Shown here: piece by piece, positions 13,725 to 27,630 of the stretch | How the letters are laid out: every line of letters starts with the position of its first letter | How positions within the stretch are numbered: position 1 is the first letter of the stretch | Origin: Octopus sinensis | Taxonomy: Eukaryota | Direction of reading: 5' to 3' | Assembly: GCF_006345805.1 (NCBI RefSeq) | Contig: NW_021835469.1 | Coordinates: 1 to 64,000 of the forward strand | Length of the DNA stretch: 64,000 nt | The notes under the pieces: generated by a model | What the model was told of the DNA's origin: nothing | Database searches by the model: none | What the model saw: only the letters and a program-made list of their open reading frames with translations | Program-made: the position numbers and the translations under genes

Positions 13725-14990
13725 TGGGTTGTCAGAAAAATTATTTAGCTTTATTTGCTATTATTCATTTTAAATCCTTATTTTTCATTAATAATTTTAA
13801 CAAATTAGTCAATAATATATTCGTATTTCTCGTTCATGATTTTTTCAAAGTTTAATTTGGTTATCATTGCCATTCCCCTATAAATCACTGGCTCTCGATT
13901 TGATGAAATCGTCGATTAACAATCTTATCTCTACATCATTGTTGAACGAAACCTCTCGGTGTCAGTTGGAAATTGACCGCAAAAGGTAATAATCTGAAGC
14001 CAGTATGCGAGGATAAATCATTGGGCGTCGTAGAGTCTCTTAAAGGAGGCTCCGGAGTAACACATTTGATCAAATAAGCAACAAGGGAGTGGAGAGCATT
14101 CCTTTGTTGGAGAAACATAGTGTGTTGCTCGTTGAGTCGTTTCAGTTTGATTGTTTCTCTGACCATTGATAGTCGTATAGATCTGCAGTGATCATGACTT
14201 TGTTTCTATGTATTTGATGATAAAGTAGCACATCCCAGTTCCACAAAAGGAAAATTATATATATTTGTCCTGTATGAATGCTACTCTGGCATAATTCCAG
14301 ATGTTGCTTTGCATATTAGAACATTCTGTGCTCTGATTATTATTGATATAACGGTACCATTTCTTATTACTAATGAGATCGTTGGAAAAAGATATCCGTA
14401 TTCCCGAATAACATCGTAAAAAGTGAGCTAAATAATGGTATTGTAGCAGTGGAATTTGGATAGAGCTTGTGGGCGCCATGCACCGAGTTCTTGGATCCTA
14501 GCCATCAAATGAATGTAACGGACGACGGTATCATATGAGCTTCTCAACAGTTCGGACATTTTCCCAGCGATTTGCCGTGTATTCTCGTGAGATCATGTAT
14601 AAAGACCTTCGTTTAATTGAACAGGTCCGATGGAGCACGGTGAGTTTGTGAGGTCGCGTTTTCCCACGTGGAATCGTGAAAAATCTTTACTGCTCAGTTC
14701 TTTCAGCAATAACCAGTTCTCCGTACATAGTACATATGTTTTAAGCGGTTTTCGCAGCCCTCTAAACTATGGAAACTGAACAGAAGCAAATGCTGTAAAT
14801 GCATTCTTTTTGTACTTGACACTCGATCGTCATATGCCTGAAGAAAGTGGACTATACAGTTCGAATTTGAAAAACATTAAGCAAAGTTGTAGAAGAATGA
14901 TAAACAAAAACCATAACACACAATGACAAACATATGCTCGTTCGTGTTAAATCAAATGACATTGTGCAGAAAGGATTGACTTTATCTGTC
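13725..14990 (-). mobile_element. Highly decayed mariner (different subfamily)
   Basis: Minus-strand relic: QHLLLFSF..AAKTA.NICTMYGE.VIAERT, DLTNSP, LGAWRPQAL (WVPHEL-like). Confidence 0.7.
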
Positions 14991-16739
14991 AGGCTAATAT
15001 TTTTTTACGTTGAATACTTTTTTCTCGTTATCGGATTTGACAAATTAGCTTAATTAGAAATGTCACATATGAACATGCTTTCCATTTAGTTTTTACATTG
15101 GAAACACATCTAGAGGGACAATATACAATACACTTTGGAGATGAACAAATATTTTGAAAGGAGTGTAATATATCAATATGCATCAGTGTGGGTGTTTTAC
15201 GGAGGTGATTCGCAAATATAATAATAGTAGTACATAATATTTATGTTTTCCCACAGCCATTCCTACATCAAAAATAATTATATATATTTGACCACACTTT
15301 ATCTAGTAAAAATACCCACTTCCTCACGAAAATAAACAGAATTACATAATACATCAGATCGTAATTCCGCCGTATCGTGGTGAACCACCACAGTCTAATG
15401 CGCAATTATGACAGATGCTTCAAGTTATTGAGATCTTTTTTGAGTAGATTAAACATAGCTGTTTATCATACAGCTAATAGTGCTAAACATCTATATGTGT
15501 TTGAGATCAATTTCGTCTACCTTTAAGTAAAATACTAACTTCATTCGTCCAAATGTTTGAAAAGAAATAATATAATTTTAGAAAAACTTAATAGTATAGT
15601 AAACTTTTAAAATTTAGACATACTTATGTCTGCAAAATATTTTGTCTCACACTACCGTACCTTTTGGGAATTATTATACTTGGTTCGATTATTCATATGA
15701 TTATTATTATTATCGTCCGTTTTCTCTCTCAAGACGCGTTTGAATTTTAACGTTTCGAAAAGAATGAGTTTACAATTACTCAGTGGTTCAGAATAAAGCA
15801 ATAGATGATCTTAACATGTATGGCCGAAACTTTGCGTGTATTTGTTTATGTCAGTGGTATCACAACGGTTCCGCTTACAATAGACACGTGATTTGACTCC
15901 CGTATGTTACTTACTACCATAATCCCCCATTTATTTTATTTTTCTTCACCCGATACGTTACGGCAACTTATTCATAGCTCCATATGCATTTCAAAACATT
16001 CTTACTTTTATTTTGAAGTATCTCAAATCCCCAGAAGAAAGAAAATAAATCTATTCTTTCTCGTTTCCGTTTGTTCCATTATAGTTCTTCCTTTGGACGT
16101 TTCTATATTGTCACTTCTATTATAGGAGGCTCTTACATCATTGTCTGTATAAGTATCTCGATTTATTACCGAATATAGTATATTTTTAACCCGAAGATTG
16201 AGGAACATAATTTTACATCTTGCATTTGAACATTTCCTGCATGCATAATTAATGTCCGATATTTCAATGATTTTACTACGCCAACACACTTCCTAACTTG
16301 TTCCATAGCAGCTCCTATAACCGACGTTTCCTTGAAATTTGTTATATATTTTTGCCTTTGTAGCTGTACTGCAGCTCCATATTCAACAAAACCGTGTTTG
16401 AAGTATGTGTCATTTTATAGTTAATCTTATTGTCAAAATAATAATTACACATCATTTTACGAATCATTATTTAAAGTTGTATGCACATGTGTCTAATATA
16501 CGGTTGATATCAATGCATGAAACAAATAAAAAATATATTTCATTCTCTTCTTGGTCCTATATTGTCTATAACGTGAAATTGCGTATTTTCATGCTGCGCA
16601 AGTATCACAACTCTCTATCTTGTAGTAGAGGTGCCATTTAATTGAGGTAGCTGATTTTTGTTTGATATTTATGGTCCAAGAGTTTACTTACTTTATACAT
16701 TATGGACAGATATGTATAGCTTCTATCTTTCACTTGTTT

Positions 16740-17140
<401 letters not shown>

Positions 17141-17678
17141 TGAATATGCGGTCATCCGCTCTGCAATGTCTCTGGAATGTTCCATGGTATTTTATGAATA
17201 TTAATTAAAGTTGCATTTGCATTTCAACATCTTAACGTCTAACAAATAAACCGTGCACACAAATTAATAATTCAAAATGTCATCCACTCAACGTGGAAGT
17301 ATTAAAGGACATTTTACAGCGCCGATATTGGTCCTATGATGGAGAGCACTACATAATGAATTAGGCATGTGAAAGGTTTCTTCTGAGTAGCTGCTTCGCC
17401 TTCTGAGATTAGATGAAAAGTGCATCAAGAACTTCGTGTCACGGGTAAAACTGACATTGTTTGATCCGGATCATGCCAGTTTCCTAAATCAGGGTCAGTT
17501 TCGGGTTCGTCACCTTGATCGAGACACAAATAAACAATTCATGCAGTGATAACGCGCCACCTTACATTGCACAAAGAAAGGCTAAGCCAGTTTCATGTAC
17601 AGGGATTTATGTAAATCTACAGGAATTATGTACATTATTTGCATTTGACGGACATTTCTCCTCATCTTGTTTGTTGTT

Positions 17679-17724
17679 AACACAACGTTTAGGCTGATAT
17701 ACCCTTCAGCCTTCATCAGGTGTC
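17679..17724 (-). ncRNA. Minimal type-I hammerhead motif (G12 mutated in this arm)
   Basis: Minus strand: GACAC-CTGATGA-A-GGCTGA-agggtata-TCAGCC-tAAA-CGTT-GTGTT. Confidence 0.65.
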
Positions 17725-17812
17725 TTGGGGAACTTTCGAACCGGAAGAGCGAGGGCTACTAACACCAAGATTCCGAGTTCAATTCCAAGCAGTGACCTGA
17801 ATAGTAGTAGTA

Positions 17813-17892
<80 letters not shown>

Positions 17893-18009
17893 AAGAAGAA
17901 GAAGAAGAAGAAGAAGAAGAAGAAGAAGAAGAAGAAGAAGAATATAAACAACAACAGCAACATCGAAACATACCTTAGGAATTAGGACTCAGGTTCGAAA
18001 TTTCCCCAA

Positions 18010-18055
18010 GACACATAATGAAGGCTGAAGGGTATTTCAGCCGAAAAGTTGTGTT
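18010..18055 (+). ncRNA. Minimal type-I hammerhead motif (CUGA box mutated in this arm)
   Basis: GACAC-aTaATGA-A-GGCTGAA-gggtat-TTCAGCC-GAAA-aGTT-GTGTT. The consensus of the two arms is a complete core. Confidence 0.6.
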
Positions 18056-19792
18056 AACAACAAACAAGATGAGGAGAAATATACGTCAAATGTAAATAAT
18101 GTACAGGGAAGATAGTCTCAGTTTTTTGAGATGCGAAAGGAATTGTATTAATTGATTTTCTTCAAAAGTATCACACCATCAATGCAGAGTATCACGCCAA
18201 CTTGCTGAGACAATTTCGGTCGTCTATCAAGAAGAAACGCCCAGGAACACTGTCAAAAGTTGTCTCGTTTCATCGGGATAATGTTCCAGCACACAAGTTC
18301 TTCATTTTAATAGCTGCCGTGCTTGAATGTGGTTTGATTTTTCCCCATCCCGTTGTCATATATTCCCCTACATAAAAAATGTCTTGGCTATGAACCAGTA
18401 ACGTGACATGATGACGTCACATTTGCAGTTGATAAGTTTTTTGAACAACGGTATGAATTCGTCTTAACCATTGGGATTGAAGCATTGAAAAAGTGCGTGG
18501 AGCTTAAGGAAGACTATGTTGAAAAAACCTCATTTAGTGAAATTCACTGAAATTACGATTTATCCTGCCGACCTTCGTATTAGATAGAATTTCCCAAGTT
18601 ACAAAATGAAACTTAAATAATATATTTTTGAAAAGCTTTTAAATATTTCACTTTTAACATTTTCCGAGCCTAGACAAAATTATTCGGATTTTATTTCGCA
18701 TTTTCATATTTATCATTACTCTATGCGACTTTCAAAACCCACTGATATTAATGAGATCAGTCCGTCATATTAAATCATGTCAGCCTAACTGTCAGTAGCT
18801 TGGAAGTAACGAGAATCATTTAATTATTATAATATCACCCAGTCGATATAAAACTAATTAAATTGGTTATAATTTATTTCCATCAAAGGAACTATTCACT
18901 GAAGGGGACTTAATTGCTTTTTCTGTAAGATATGTTCAATATATTTTAAAGTTGTTTACTCGTAGTATTCATATGGAAATGAGTTTTATGATTAGTAGAT
19001 CTGATACCTGCACGTTGCCCCTGCTATGCATGATTGGAAATCTAAGTGGCTATTTGTGTGATAAGAAACGGAACATTCACGCAGCTTTACTTTATATGAA
19101 CTTATTGAGAGCACCTACTTTCGGCTGAATGGGCGTAATAATATCCCAGTTTTCGCCTGGCATATTTTATACACTATAGTTCATTAGTTTGATACGAGAC
19201 ATATATTAATTCATATTGAAGGAAGATCGTTATTGGAGTGAAAATGTTGAGATCCAACACAATATTCCTTTAGATTTAGTCAATTATTCTTTGTTCAGCT
19301 GTAATATATTTTTGGTAATGTTGTCTTTGTTACCGACAGTTCAATTTTAATCGGTAATTCTTTTAAGGAAAGGCATTACAGCCATGATGATAAATCATTT
19401 TTAATTCCATCATCGCGTGTTATTGAGGAGATTATTGAATGTGTTCATTAAGATAGGAGAGAGTGTTTAGAATATATATTTGCTGTCTCTAGCATGATAA
19501 AGGTGTTCATATTTGTCACATCTTTAGCTTGATAATAATTACTTTGCGTAATGGAAACGCGATATTCTTGTATACACTTAAAATTAAACAGCATGGAAAT
19601 AATACATTCCTGTTTTCCCCAAATACACAATTATACTAACGTTACTGCTTATTGCAATGTTTACACCAAAGTATTAATGTTAATTATGATGAATATTCAA
19701 ACATTTTTACGTAAATTTTTTTAATTTTCTTTGACTGATATACAGATGTCCAACAAAAATGCTCGATTTACAAATTTAATTATCGTTTATGA

Positions 19793-20010
19793 TATAGGCA
19801 TAAGAGCTGCACGTTTGGAGAGGAGAGGGGTAGTCAATTATGTAGACACCAGTACTGGTCTAGAAACTAAATATAAGTATTTTGTCGACACCGAAATTAT
19901 AGCTAGCAAAGTCAACCTCGGCGGAATTTGAACTCAGAACGTAAAGCCAGAAGAAATGATGACACACATTTTATTCCATGCCGTCACTGTTCTGCTAGCT
20001 CACATCCTTT
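19793..20010 (-). mobile_element. tRNA-derived SINE
   Basis: Reverse complement of cgttctgagttcaaattccgccgaggt (B-box region), shared with the 40313 and 63640 copies. Confidence 0.75.
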
Positions 20011-21068
20011 TAGAAGATTAATAATAAAGGGTTGCCAAAATACTCAACTTCTTGAGGTTTACACTATTTATTTAGGGGCTTACAAAGTACTAAATAAGGG
20101 TTACTATCCAGAATTCCAAAGAATACGTTTGCGGTACCTAAGAATAAGGCTTGCTGTAACTTTGAAAACCATTTTTAGAGTTATCACAAAGGTAGAATCT
20201 ATAGAATATATATAACTAAAGATGCGTTTTATAGAATCTCAATGTATGAACTTATATTGCATTGAAATATTTTCTGCAACAACATTTAACAAATGAATGA
20301 ATATATTCAATAGTAGTAATGGCAATCAAAAATACAATGCAATATCACAATATCGATTGATATTGGGTCGAAAAGTGGACATATCTATGAAGTAGTGTAT
20401 TGGGATGATAGAGCATTTGATACGGCATTTTTAGACTCCATGATAAATAAAGGAAAAAAATTAACGTATATAAATAACTAATATGATATAATGTATTCAC
20501 GTCAAATATACTATTTTAAGGTAGTAATGATATTTATGAAGCTACACCAGAGAAAGCACATGAAATCAAGCGACAACAGCGGCAAACATAAAAATGTGTG
20601 CCGAATAAATACTTTTGATGAGGGAAAGACTTAAACAGAAGCGATGCATTACGCCAATATCAACTTAAATATAACGATGATTATGTCATCGCTTCTAGAA
20701 AGACGAAAAACTTTCAAATTGTCAATGCAAACATAGTGAAAGCACTCTTTACATTTATATATCGGATATTCTACACAGTTTTGTGGCCACAATGAATCTC
20801 CTGATATGAAAGTTTTAAAGAAGTAGGATAATTTCATACATACGAACAAATAAAAAAGTAAAGAACGGTTACTTTGCGGAAAATGATGTAATTGCTTCTA
20901 AAAAGTATAGAATGTACTGTGTGAAATTTCTTCACTTACACTAGTATTTAATTGCTATGAAAATTAAAACATTACAATGTGTTTAGTACAGATTAAAAAC
21001 AAAAAAAATAATTTTTGTATAATTCTCACAAAGATGTTAAAACTCCAAGGAGAGGTCATTACATATTT

Positions 21069-22340
21069 GGGCGCAGGATTGGCTGTGTGGTAAGAAATTT
21101 GCTTCCCAACCACATGGATCCAGGTTTAGTCCACTGCGCGACATAAAGAGAGTATGTCACCTACTACAGTCTCAGGCCGACCAAAGCCATATGAGTGGAT
21201 CTGACAGATGGAAACTGAAAGTCCCTCATGTATATACGAGATCTGATAAATAAGTATCCGGACTGGTGTTATAAATCCAAAACTACAACACGTACCAATT
21301 TGGCATTTACTCTCCTTCAAAATTGTCCCCGTCGGAAGCCACACACTTAATCCAGCATTCCTGGAACTTGTTTTCTGAGATAATCAATAGCTGCCGCTTT
21401 GCATTCCTAATCTTGATTTCCTCAACGTTTTGAAATCTTCTTCCTTTGAAGAGGGATATGATTTTTTGAAAGACGAAGGAGTTGCAAGGAGCGAGAGCTG
21501 AAGAATACGGTGGCTGTCGGACCTGAAGAATGCTGTGCCTAGTCAAAAACTTCTGCACAAGCTGCGCTGAATGAAGAGGCGCGTTGTTAGCTGAAAGCAG
21601 CTGTGGAACAAACTTGGTAGACACACGTCCCATACCCAAATATCTAGTGATAATGGACTGAACTGAACCATAACTAAACTGCACATCCTCTGATAACTCA
21701 CGGGTGGTGATTTCCCGTCATGCCAGCACGCACATCTGCGATGTTTTTCGCTGTTCGGTTGGTTGCAAGTCTCCCAGAACTTTCGTCACTATCGACATTT
21801 AGTCGGGTCATACATTCTTCTCCATATAGTTTATGCAAATTTGCGTAGGCCATTCAGCAGGTATCGCCAAGCTTTTGACAAAATCTGATTCAGATGCATG
21901 TTTAATGCGATGTGCACGTATTACACATGTTCATTCCAAGTACTGCTGTAAACAACGGAAGTGAGCTAGAACGTTAAACCATAGGTTGCATGTACAGTAA
22001 AGTTTCAGGTCAATCTGTTCCAAGCGGCTTTACTCAGTGTGCTTTAACTTCGTTACTCTGGCAAGAGTCTGGATACTTATTGATCAGACAGCGTATGTGT
22101 TTGTTAGTGTGTGTGCGTTTGTGAGTGTGTGTGTATGCGTGTGTGCTTGTGTATTTTTTTCTCCATGTTTGTCGCCCATCACCAGTTGGTAACTGTTGTG
22201 ATGTATTTAGGTAACATAGCAATTCAGCAAAAGAGGCTCATAGAATAAGTAGCAGGCTTTAAAGAAAGTAGGTATTTGAGGCGATTTGTTTGACTAAATT
22301 ATCCAAAACGGTGCTTCTTCATGACTGCAGACAAATGACG
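21069..22340 (+). mobile_element. tRNA-derived SINE split by a mariner at its TA tract (parts 21069-21236 and 22094-22340)
   Basis: Head tggctgtgtggtaaga...ccaaccacatgg..caggtttagtcc (A/B-box-like). The body resumes as a TG-rich tract after the mariner. Confidence 0.7.
21237..22093 (-). mobile_element. Internally deleted mariner with both TIRs and TA TSD
   Basis: TA|CGAGATCTGATAAATAAGTATCCGGACT ... AGTCTGGATACTTATTGATCAGACAGCG|TA. ORF 21307-21684: KFVPQLL, NNAPLH, PPYSSALAPCN, KGRRF. Confidence 0.92.
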
Positions 22341-22869
22341 TCCGCTACTGAAATAACGTTCACCAACTCGTTACATACGTTCGATGTTATTATAATTAAG
22401 TTTGGAAGAATTTGCATTTATAAAAAATATCTTAACAAATATGTAACGATTAATTAGATGTAATGTACAATTCCCATGTAAGAATAAAATTAATTTATTT
22501 ATTACGATATTTCACCTTCGGATATTGTTACGCATTGGAAACATCTTAATTTAATAAAGATATGTAAGAATTTTGTGTCATTCCATTCAAATATAATTAA
22601 GGTTATTTTGATGAGGGTGGATACAATTTGATTTATATTTCATCGCACAGACAACTGGTATGATTAATTTATAACATAAACAGAAATGTATTTGTATTTG
22701 GAATTGTAAAGAAATTGATAGTTAGGGAAAACAATATATTTCTTCACATTTTAAACAGATAATATACTGAGTAAAAGCAAAGAATTCTAATGGATTTACT
22801 ACAGGAGTTAAGAAAATGATCAACAAGCGTAAGGCGGGTACAATCGTTGTTCTTTAGTGAAAATGTAAT

Positions 22870-25350
22870 ACGGCCAGCGAAATCTAGTCTTTTTATTCAT
22901 TTATCACTGACATACGTCAACTTCAATTTTTAGCATTGAGAATTGGCCCAGGGACAATCTCGCGGCCAACACGTCCGTTGCAATGATTTTCTGAAGTAAC
23001 TTTCTAACTAAATTCCTGTTTATTTTATACTTCTTAAAAAGTTTCAATGACTTACTAAATCTAACTGCTTCTATTCTAATTGCCGTTTGCCGGAGTAAAC
23101 CACCATTTGTTGTTGACGATTGCCCCCGTCAAAACACGCTTAATTAAATTTGTAATCCGGTACTTGAAAGCTTGGCCATCCGGGAGTGACGCGTTTTACT
23201 TCCGGCAACCGGGATCCTGCCTTCTAATCCTATCTACGTGAACCGTACATATCACAAATTTGTGGTTTGTGTAGCTGCCCAGTTTAAAAAGTGGACATCT
23301 TATATTATCTACTGGCCTACAGAATATCTTGTCTAAATACGATCTGAATGACCCGATGTGATTTAACCATATACACACTGGCACGTCAGGAAAATCCTGT
23401 CGATATTTGTGAGACAGTTAGACATGTCTAAGCAAGTTTCCGAGGATTTTACCACTTCTATGAGCTATCTCCACACAGTCCAAACGTAGGTTCAAGACGG
23501 CGTTTCAGTCGTCCGCAAACACTAAAATTCTGGTCGTTCCTAGAAAAATCTCGAGACGTCTGAGGTAATCCGGTTGTCCTGCTCCTGTTAGAAAATTACC
23601 AGCCATCAGTCTCAAGACATCTCCATCTCTACTGTTCACATACAGGACCACAAACTTAACTTCGGAGTCCGGGAAGATAGGCCTAATCTTGATATTCAGG
23701 ACTTTCCGAATAAACACCATCATTTCACCACCCATTCCCGGTTGTCACGGTGATAGATATATCTCGTATCCACCGAAAATGGGCAATCAAGCTTGTCTGT
23801 CCGATGTCTGGTTTCCCTGATGGTCACTACGTCGACTGTATTTGACCTGTGGTAGTGAATTAGATGTCCTTGTTTCCCTAGTTACCCCAGGATACGTAGG
23901 TTTATAATGCCTAAACTGAACAGGGTCATGTGATATCAAAGTATAGAAGCAGAAGAGTCTACTTAGTGAGAATTAGCGCAGAAGAGACTGATGCATTGCC
24001 CCCATAGGTAAGTGTGGATGTTTCCACGTGCAGTTACTTACATATTGTCTATTCATGTGTCTCTTCGGGATATTTTGTTTTCATGGTCTTAAATGTGTGT
24101 TGTAATATTTGTATGACTTTAATATGTGCTGGTGTGTTGTTTCTCGGCATGAGGAAACCGGTGCGTGTAATGTGTGTATGGTTATATACGACATTTTTTT
24201 GGTATCTTTTGCTGTGTAGTTCAGAATGTTTCCTGGTGTTGAGATGTGTGAAGTCCGTTTCTTCCTCTTTTATTTTTCATTTTGTTTTTGCTTCATCTTC
24301 CTGTTCCCCCTCAAAGTAGGTTACGTCTGCTAGCTCCGGATGCGGGAGGGCATTCTGTGATTGTTGTGGTTTGGCTGGGGGGTTCTGATACTGTTCTTTT
24401 TGCTGAAGTCGATGTTGGTGATTTCTCTACTGTTGTTTCCATTGTTGTTCTCGGTGTTGTTGCTACTACTGGTGATGGCGGTGGTGATGTCAGCAATATT
24501 GGTGGGGGCTCACGTCTTTCTTTTGTTGCGGACAGAGAACTATGAGGTAATTTGTGTCGTCGCAAATGTACATCTTTATTTTCTGCCCTCAAAAGTCACA
24601 TGAAACTTTGTTCTATCCAGTGCAGCTATTATCCGTAAGTCGAATGGTAGATGTGTATTAGGATTGCCTCCTCAGTTGTTAAGGTAACTGTCGAGGGATA
24701 TTTGGCCTCCTCCTCCGAGGCGAACTTCACATCGTCAGTCCTATATTTCTTATTCATGGCTATCTGTTGCCGTTTTACCTGCTCCATTTTTCTACTTTTA
24801 GCTCCAATTGTTTTATAAATAACCACCCAGAAATTAATTTCATGATGGACAGTTCTAGAAATGTTTTGTACCACATTTCTGCCATATTTCTTTAAAATAT
24901 TTCGCAATCTTGAATTCATTTTCGTGTATAAAAATGACTTCACTTACTTCTCTGGTTTTGCTTCCAAAGTCGAAATGATTTTGACTGGAATTGCATTCAC
25001 TTTTTCGTTTTCTGTTTCTTAGCAATGATGTTGGTGATGGTGGTGGTGATGGTGGTTGTAGTGGCGGTGGTTTGTGGTGGTGGTAGTTGTGATGATGTTG
25101 GACCTGTTACTTCAACCAGCGGTGGAGGTGGAAGTGTTCTCGCTTGTATTGTCGCTTTTTTCATTCATTTATTTTGGTTTCTACGATATTGAATGTTGGA
25201 AACTTGGGAAAATTGCTTTCATAGCCCCCACACATTCACACACACGTGCGTTGTTGTTCTTATTGTTGCTGCTACAGCAGTAGTCACTTTCTTTTACGAA
25301 CTGGCTGTCTCTTTTTCGGACTGCTACTTTTAGAGGGCGGCCAATATTCG
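22870..25350 (-). mobile_element. Decayed Tx1/L1-type LINE 5' part (ORF1 and APE endonuclease)
   Basis: APE relics: GIINLR.LG..GKQGHL, VDVVTIRET, VLRLMA..TGAGQPDYLRRLEIFLGTTRILVFADD. Upstream ORF1-like frames with a P/T-rich linker (24311-24943). Confidence 0.75.
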
Positions 25351-26419
25351 TTCGCCATGTGTGGTTTTATCAAAATTAGAAAACGAAAAGCGCGTCTTAG
25401 CCCAAACTAACACCAAAATAGACCCTAAGACCTATAGATAGAAAACAACTAACCAGCTTCCAAAGTTCCTGATTATTATAACTAAGTAGCGATAAGAAAT
25501 GTACAAGGTATAACAATGCGTAACAAAATGAATAAATACAAATCTACGGGACAATTTGTGACACCCTTCAATAGACGAACAGTAATAATGATAATCATAA
25601 AGATGCTGATGAAGATGGTTTGTCTACAACACAACATTTTTCTTGAAAGCCATTACAAATAAATAGACTTCTTTATAAAGTAAACTATGTAGAATATCTA
25701 ACATGGTCTCGATAATATTGATACACCCGTTCTTGAGGTGACACTGGTACACACCACTTCCATATCTTTCGTGTTCCATTATATTTGCCAGTGTTCAATT
25801 ATATCTACCAGGAATAATGTTTTTATCCCTATGGTCTTCACTGTAACTTATCTATTTAAACTTGTCACTATTACATTTTTCATTTGTCATTTTATAGATC
25901 ACAACTGTAGGAAACAATTTCAGTTTTCAGTTTGTGTGAAGTATATATTTTCACTGAGTGTTGCATCTTCTTATACGCTCGAAAACAATGAATTCGTAGG
26001 ATTCCTGAGTGACATGACAGTTACGATCCTAGAATCGCTTTCATTTAGTACAGCGATTCTCAAAGGGGACATATGACCACCCGGAGGGTCATTTGGAGCA
26101 CGAGGGAGCGTTTTGCAGCGATGGGTTTCAAAGGGGGTGTTAAGAGAGGTGCAGGCGATGGAAGACCTTCGCCTTTGGTAAGTTTAATTTCAAGTTAACG
26201 AGTAGTAGCCCTATTTTCACATCTCTGCGAAAGTCAGTTTAAAAATAAACATGCTTTTTAGTTCAAATTTTCAAGAAGTTTTAAATCTTTTTTCCCCTTT
26301 GACGACACCAAGCAAATTCCTGGTAACCTGAGTAAATTGTGTCGCTAAAGAGAAACCCTCAAAACGAAAACAAAATCTACAGACAGATGAATAGTGACAG
26401 ACAATTAATTGAAAAAAAA

Positions 26420-27630
26420 GAGTGATTACATTTCGTTTTTGGATTTGGTTTGCAAGATTCTTTATGTGAGTTCGTATGTTAAAGCATATTCTGTTGTGTC
26501 TGGGTAGAGTCATTTTCTTTTTGTGCCTTATAATTTAACACACTCAAAGGTACAATTTCCGCTTATTCCTTATATTTAATTTCCTAAAATGTTCGTTTCA
26601 TCTTGCAGCCTTTTCAATAGTCTTGACTCTGTCTGTTATTTACATTGCGTTCCTTTTTGTCCGTTTGGGCGCAAGTATGGGTCAGCGTGTGTTTTAGTGC
26701 CTATGCATGCATGTGTATATGTATGTGTGTGTATGTATATATGAGTGTGTATGCATATGTATATATGAACGTGTGTGAATCTGTATGTATGTGTTCTGCA
26801 TATTCATGTGTTTGCATGTCAGTGTTTGTGTATTTTTATGCATGTGTGTGAGCGTGTGTTTCTATATGTATGCACATCCTTGTGTGTGCATGTCTATATG
26901 TGTGTGTTTTGCAAGTACCATGTTTGTATGTATAAATTTGCATCTCCATACGTGTGGACACGTGTTTGCCTATGTGTCCTTGTGTAAAGTGCGTGTATAT
27001 ATGGTCATGTGTTTCAGTCAACATTTGTGTATGTGTGCTTGTCTGTTCGTATAACCTATATACCTATCCGTGTGTATGTTGATCTGTTTACTTTCATATC
27101 CATATACTTACATACATGTGCATATACACATATATACCCCCCACATAAATACATACATCTATCTACATAACAGCCCACTAACTATTCTCTACATGTGTAA
27201 ACTCTGGGTATGGAGGTATGATATCTACTATGTATATTTCCTATTTAGTATTGTGGAAGTTTCATTTATAAGGACGTACTCCCGTATTTGTCTCAGTGTT
27301 TGGTCGTTTGGGTGCGTGGATAATATGCGGATGTCAAGTTGACCCAAGTTGCCTTCATGGTGGTTTTGGTATATTGGTAGAGTATGGAGGACTGTTTTTG
27401 TCTTCAAATTGTCTCAGATATTCATTTAGTCTTTCCGCAATGCTCCTGGATGTTTCCCCTAGGTACGTCATGTTCATGTCTTTACAAGAACCTTCTATGC
27501 ATCTTATGCTGTAATCTACATTTCGAGTTCTACAGTTAATACTACATATCATCCAGCTATCATTGGTGCATATGGTATTCTCAAAGGGGTACGTCCTACA
27601 TAGTTGTAATCTGATGAATTTCCTTGACTT
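26420..27630 (-). mobile_element. 5'-truncated Penelope-like element: GIY-YIG end, TG-rich 3' region, HHR
   Basis: INCRTRNVDYSIRC..TYLGETSRSIAERLNEY (GIY-YIG, ORF 27355-27690), contiguous with the non-coding segment shared with 6679-7451. Confidence 0.85.
26583..26622 (-). ncRNA. Decayed minimal hammerhead motif, U3-A8 core
   Basis: Minus strand: gaCTA-TTGAAAA-g-gctgc-aagat-gaaac-GAAc-ATTT-TAG. Homologous to 6769-6807. Confidence 0.4.

Larger units (their letters stand above)
17606..18105 (+). mobile_element. Palindromic non-autonomous retroelement: inverted HHR arm, tRNA-like head, (AGT/AAT/AAG)n, HHR arm
   Basis: 114-bp inverted arms at 17629-17742 and 17992-18105. B-box GAGTTCAATTC at 17775-17785. 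11-bp direct repeat ATGTACAGGGA at 17595 and 18099. Confidence 0.85.
17150..18580 (+). mobile_element. Decayed mariner split by the palindromic element at 17606-18098
   Basis: KAKPVSCTG | KIVSVF*DAKGIVLIDFLQK, TINAEYHANLL, FHRDNVPAHK, KKCVELKEDYVEK. Same family as the 2820 and 9380 copies. Confidence 0.85.
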
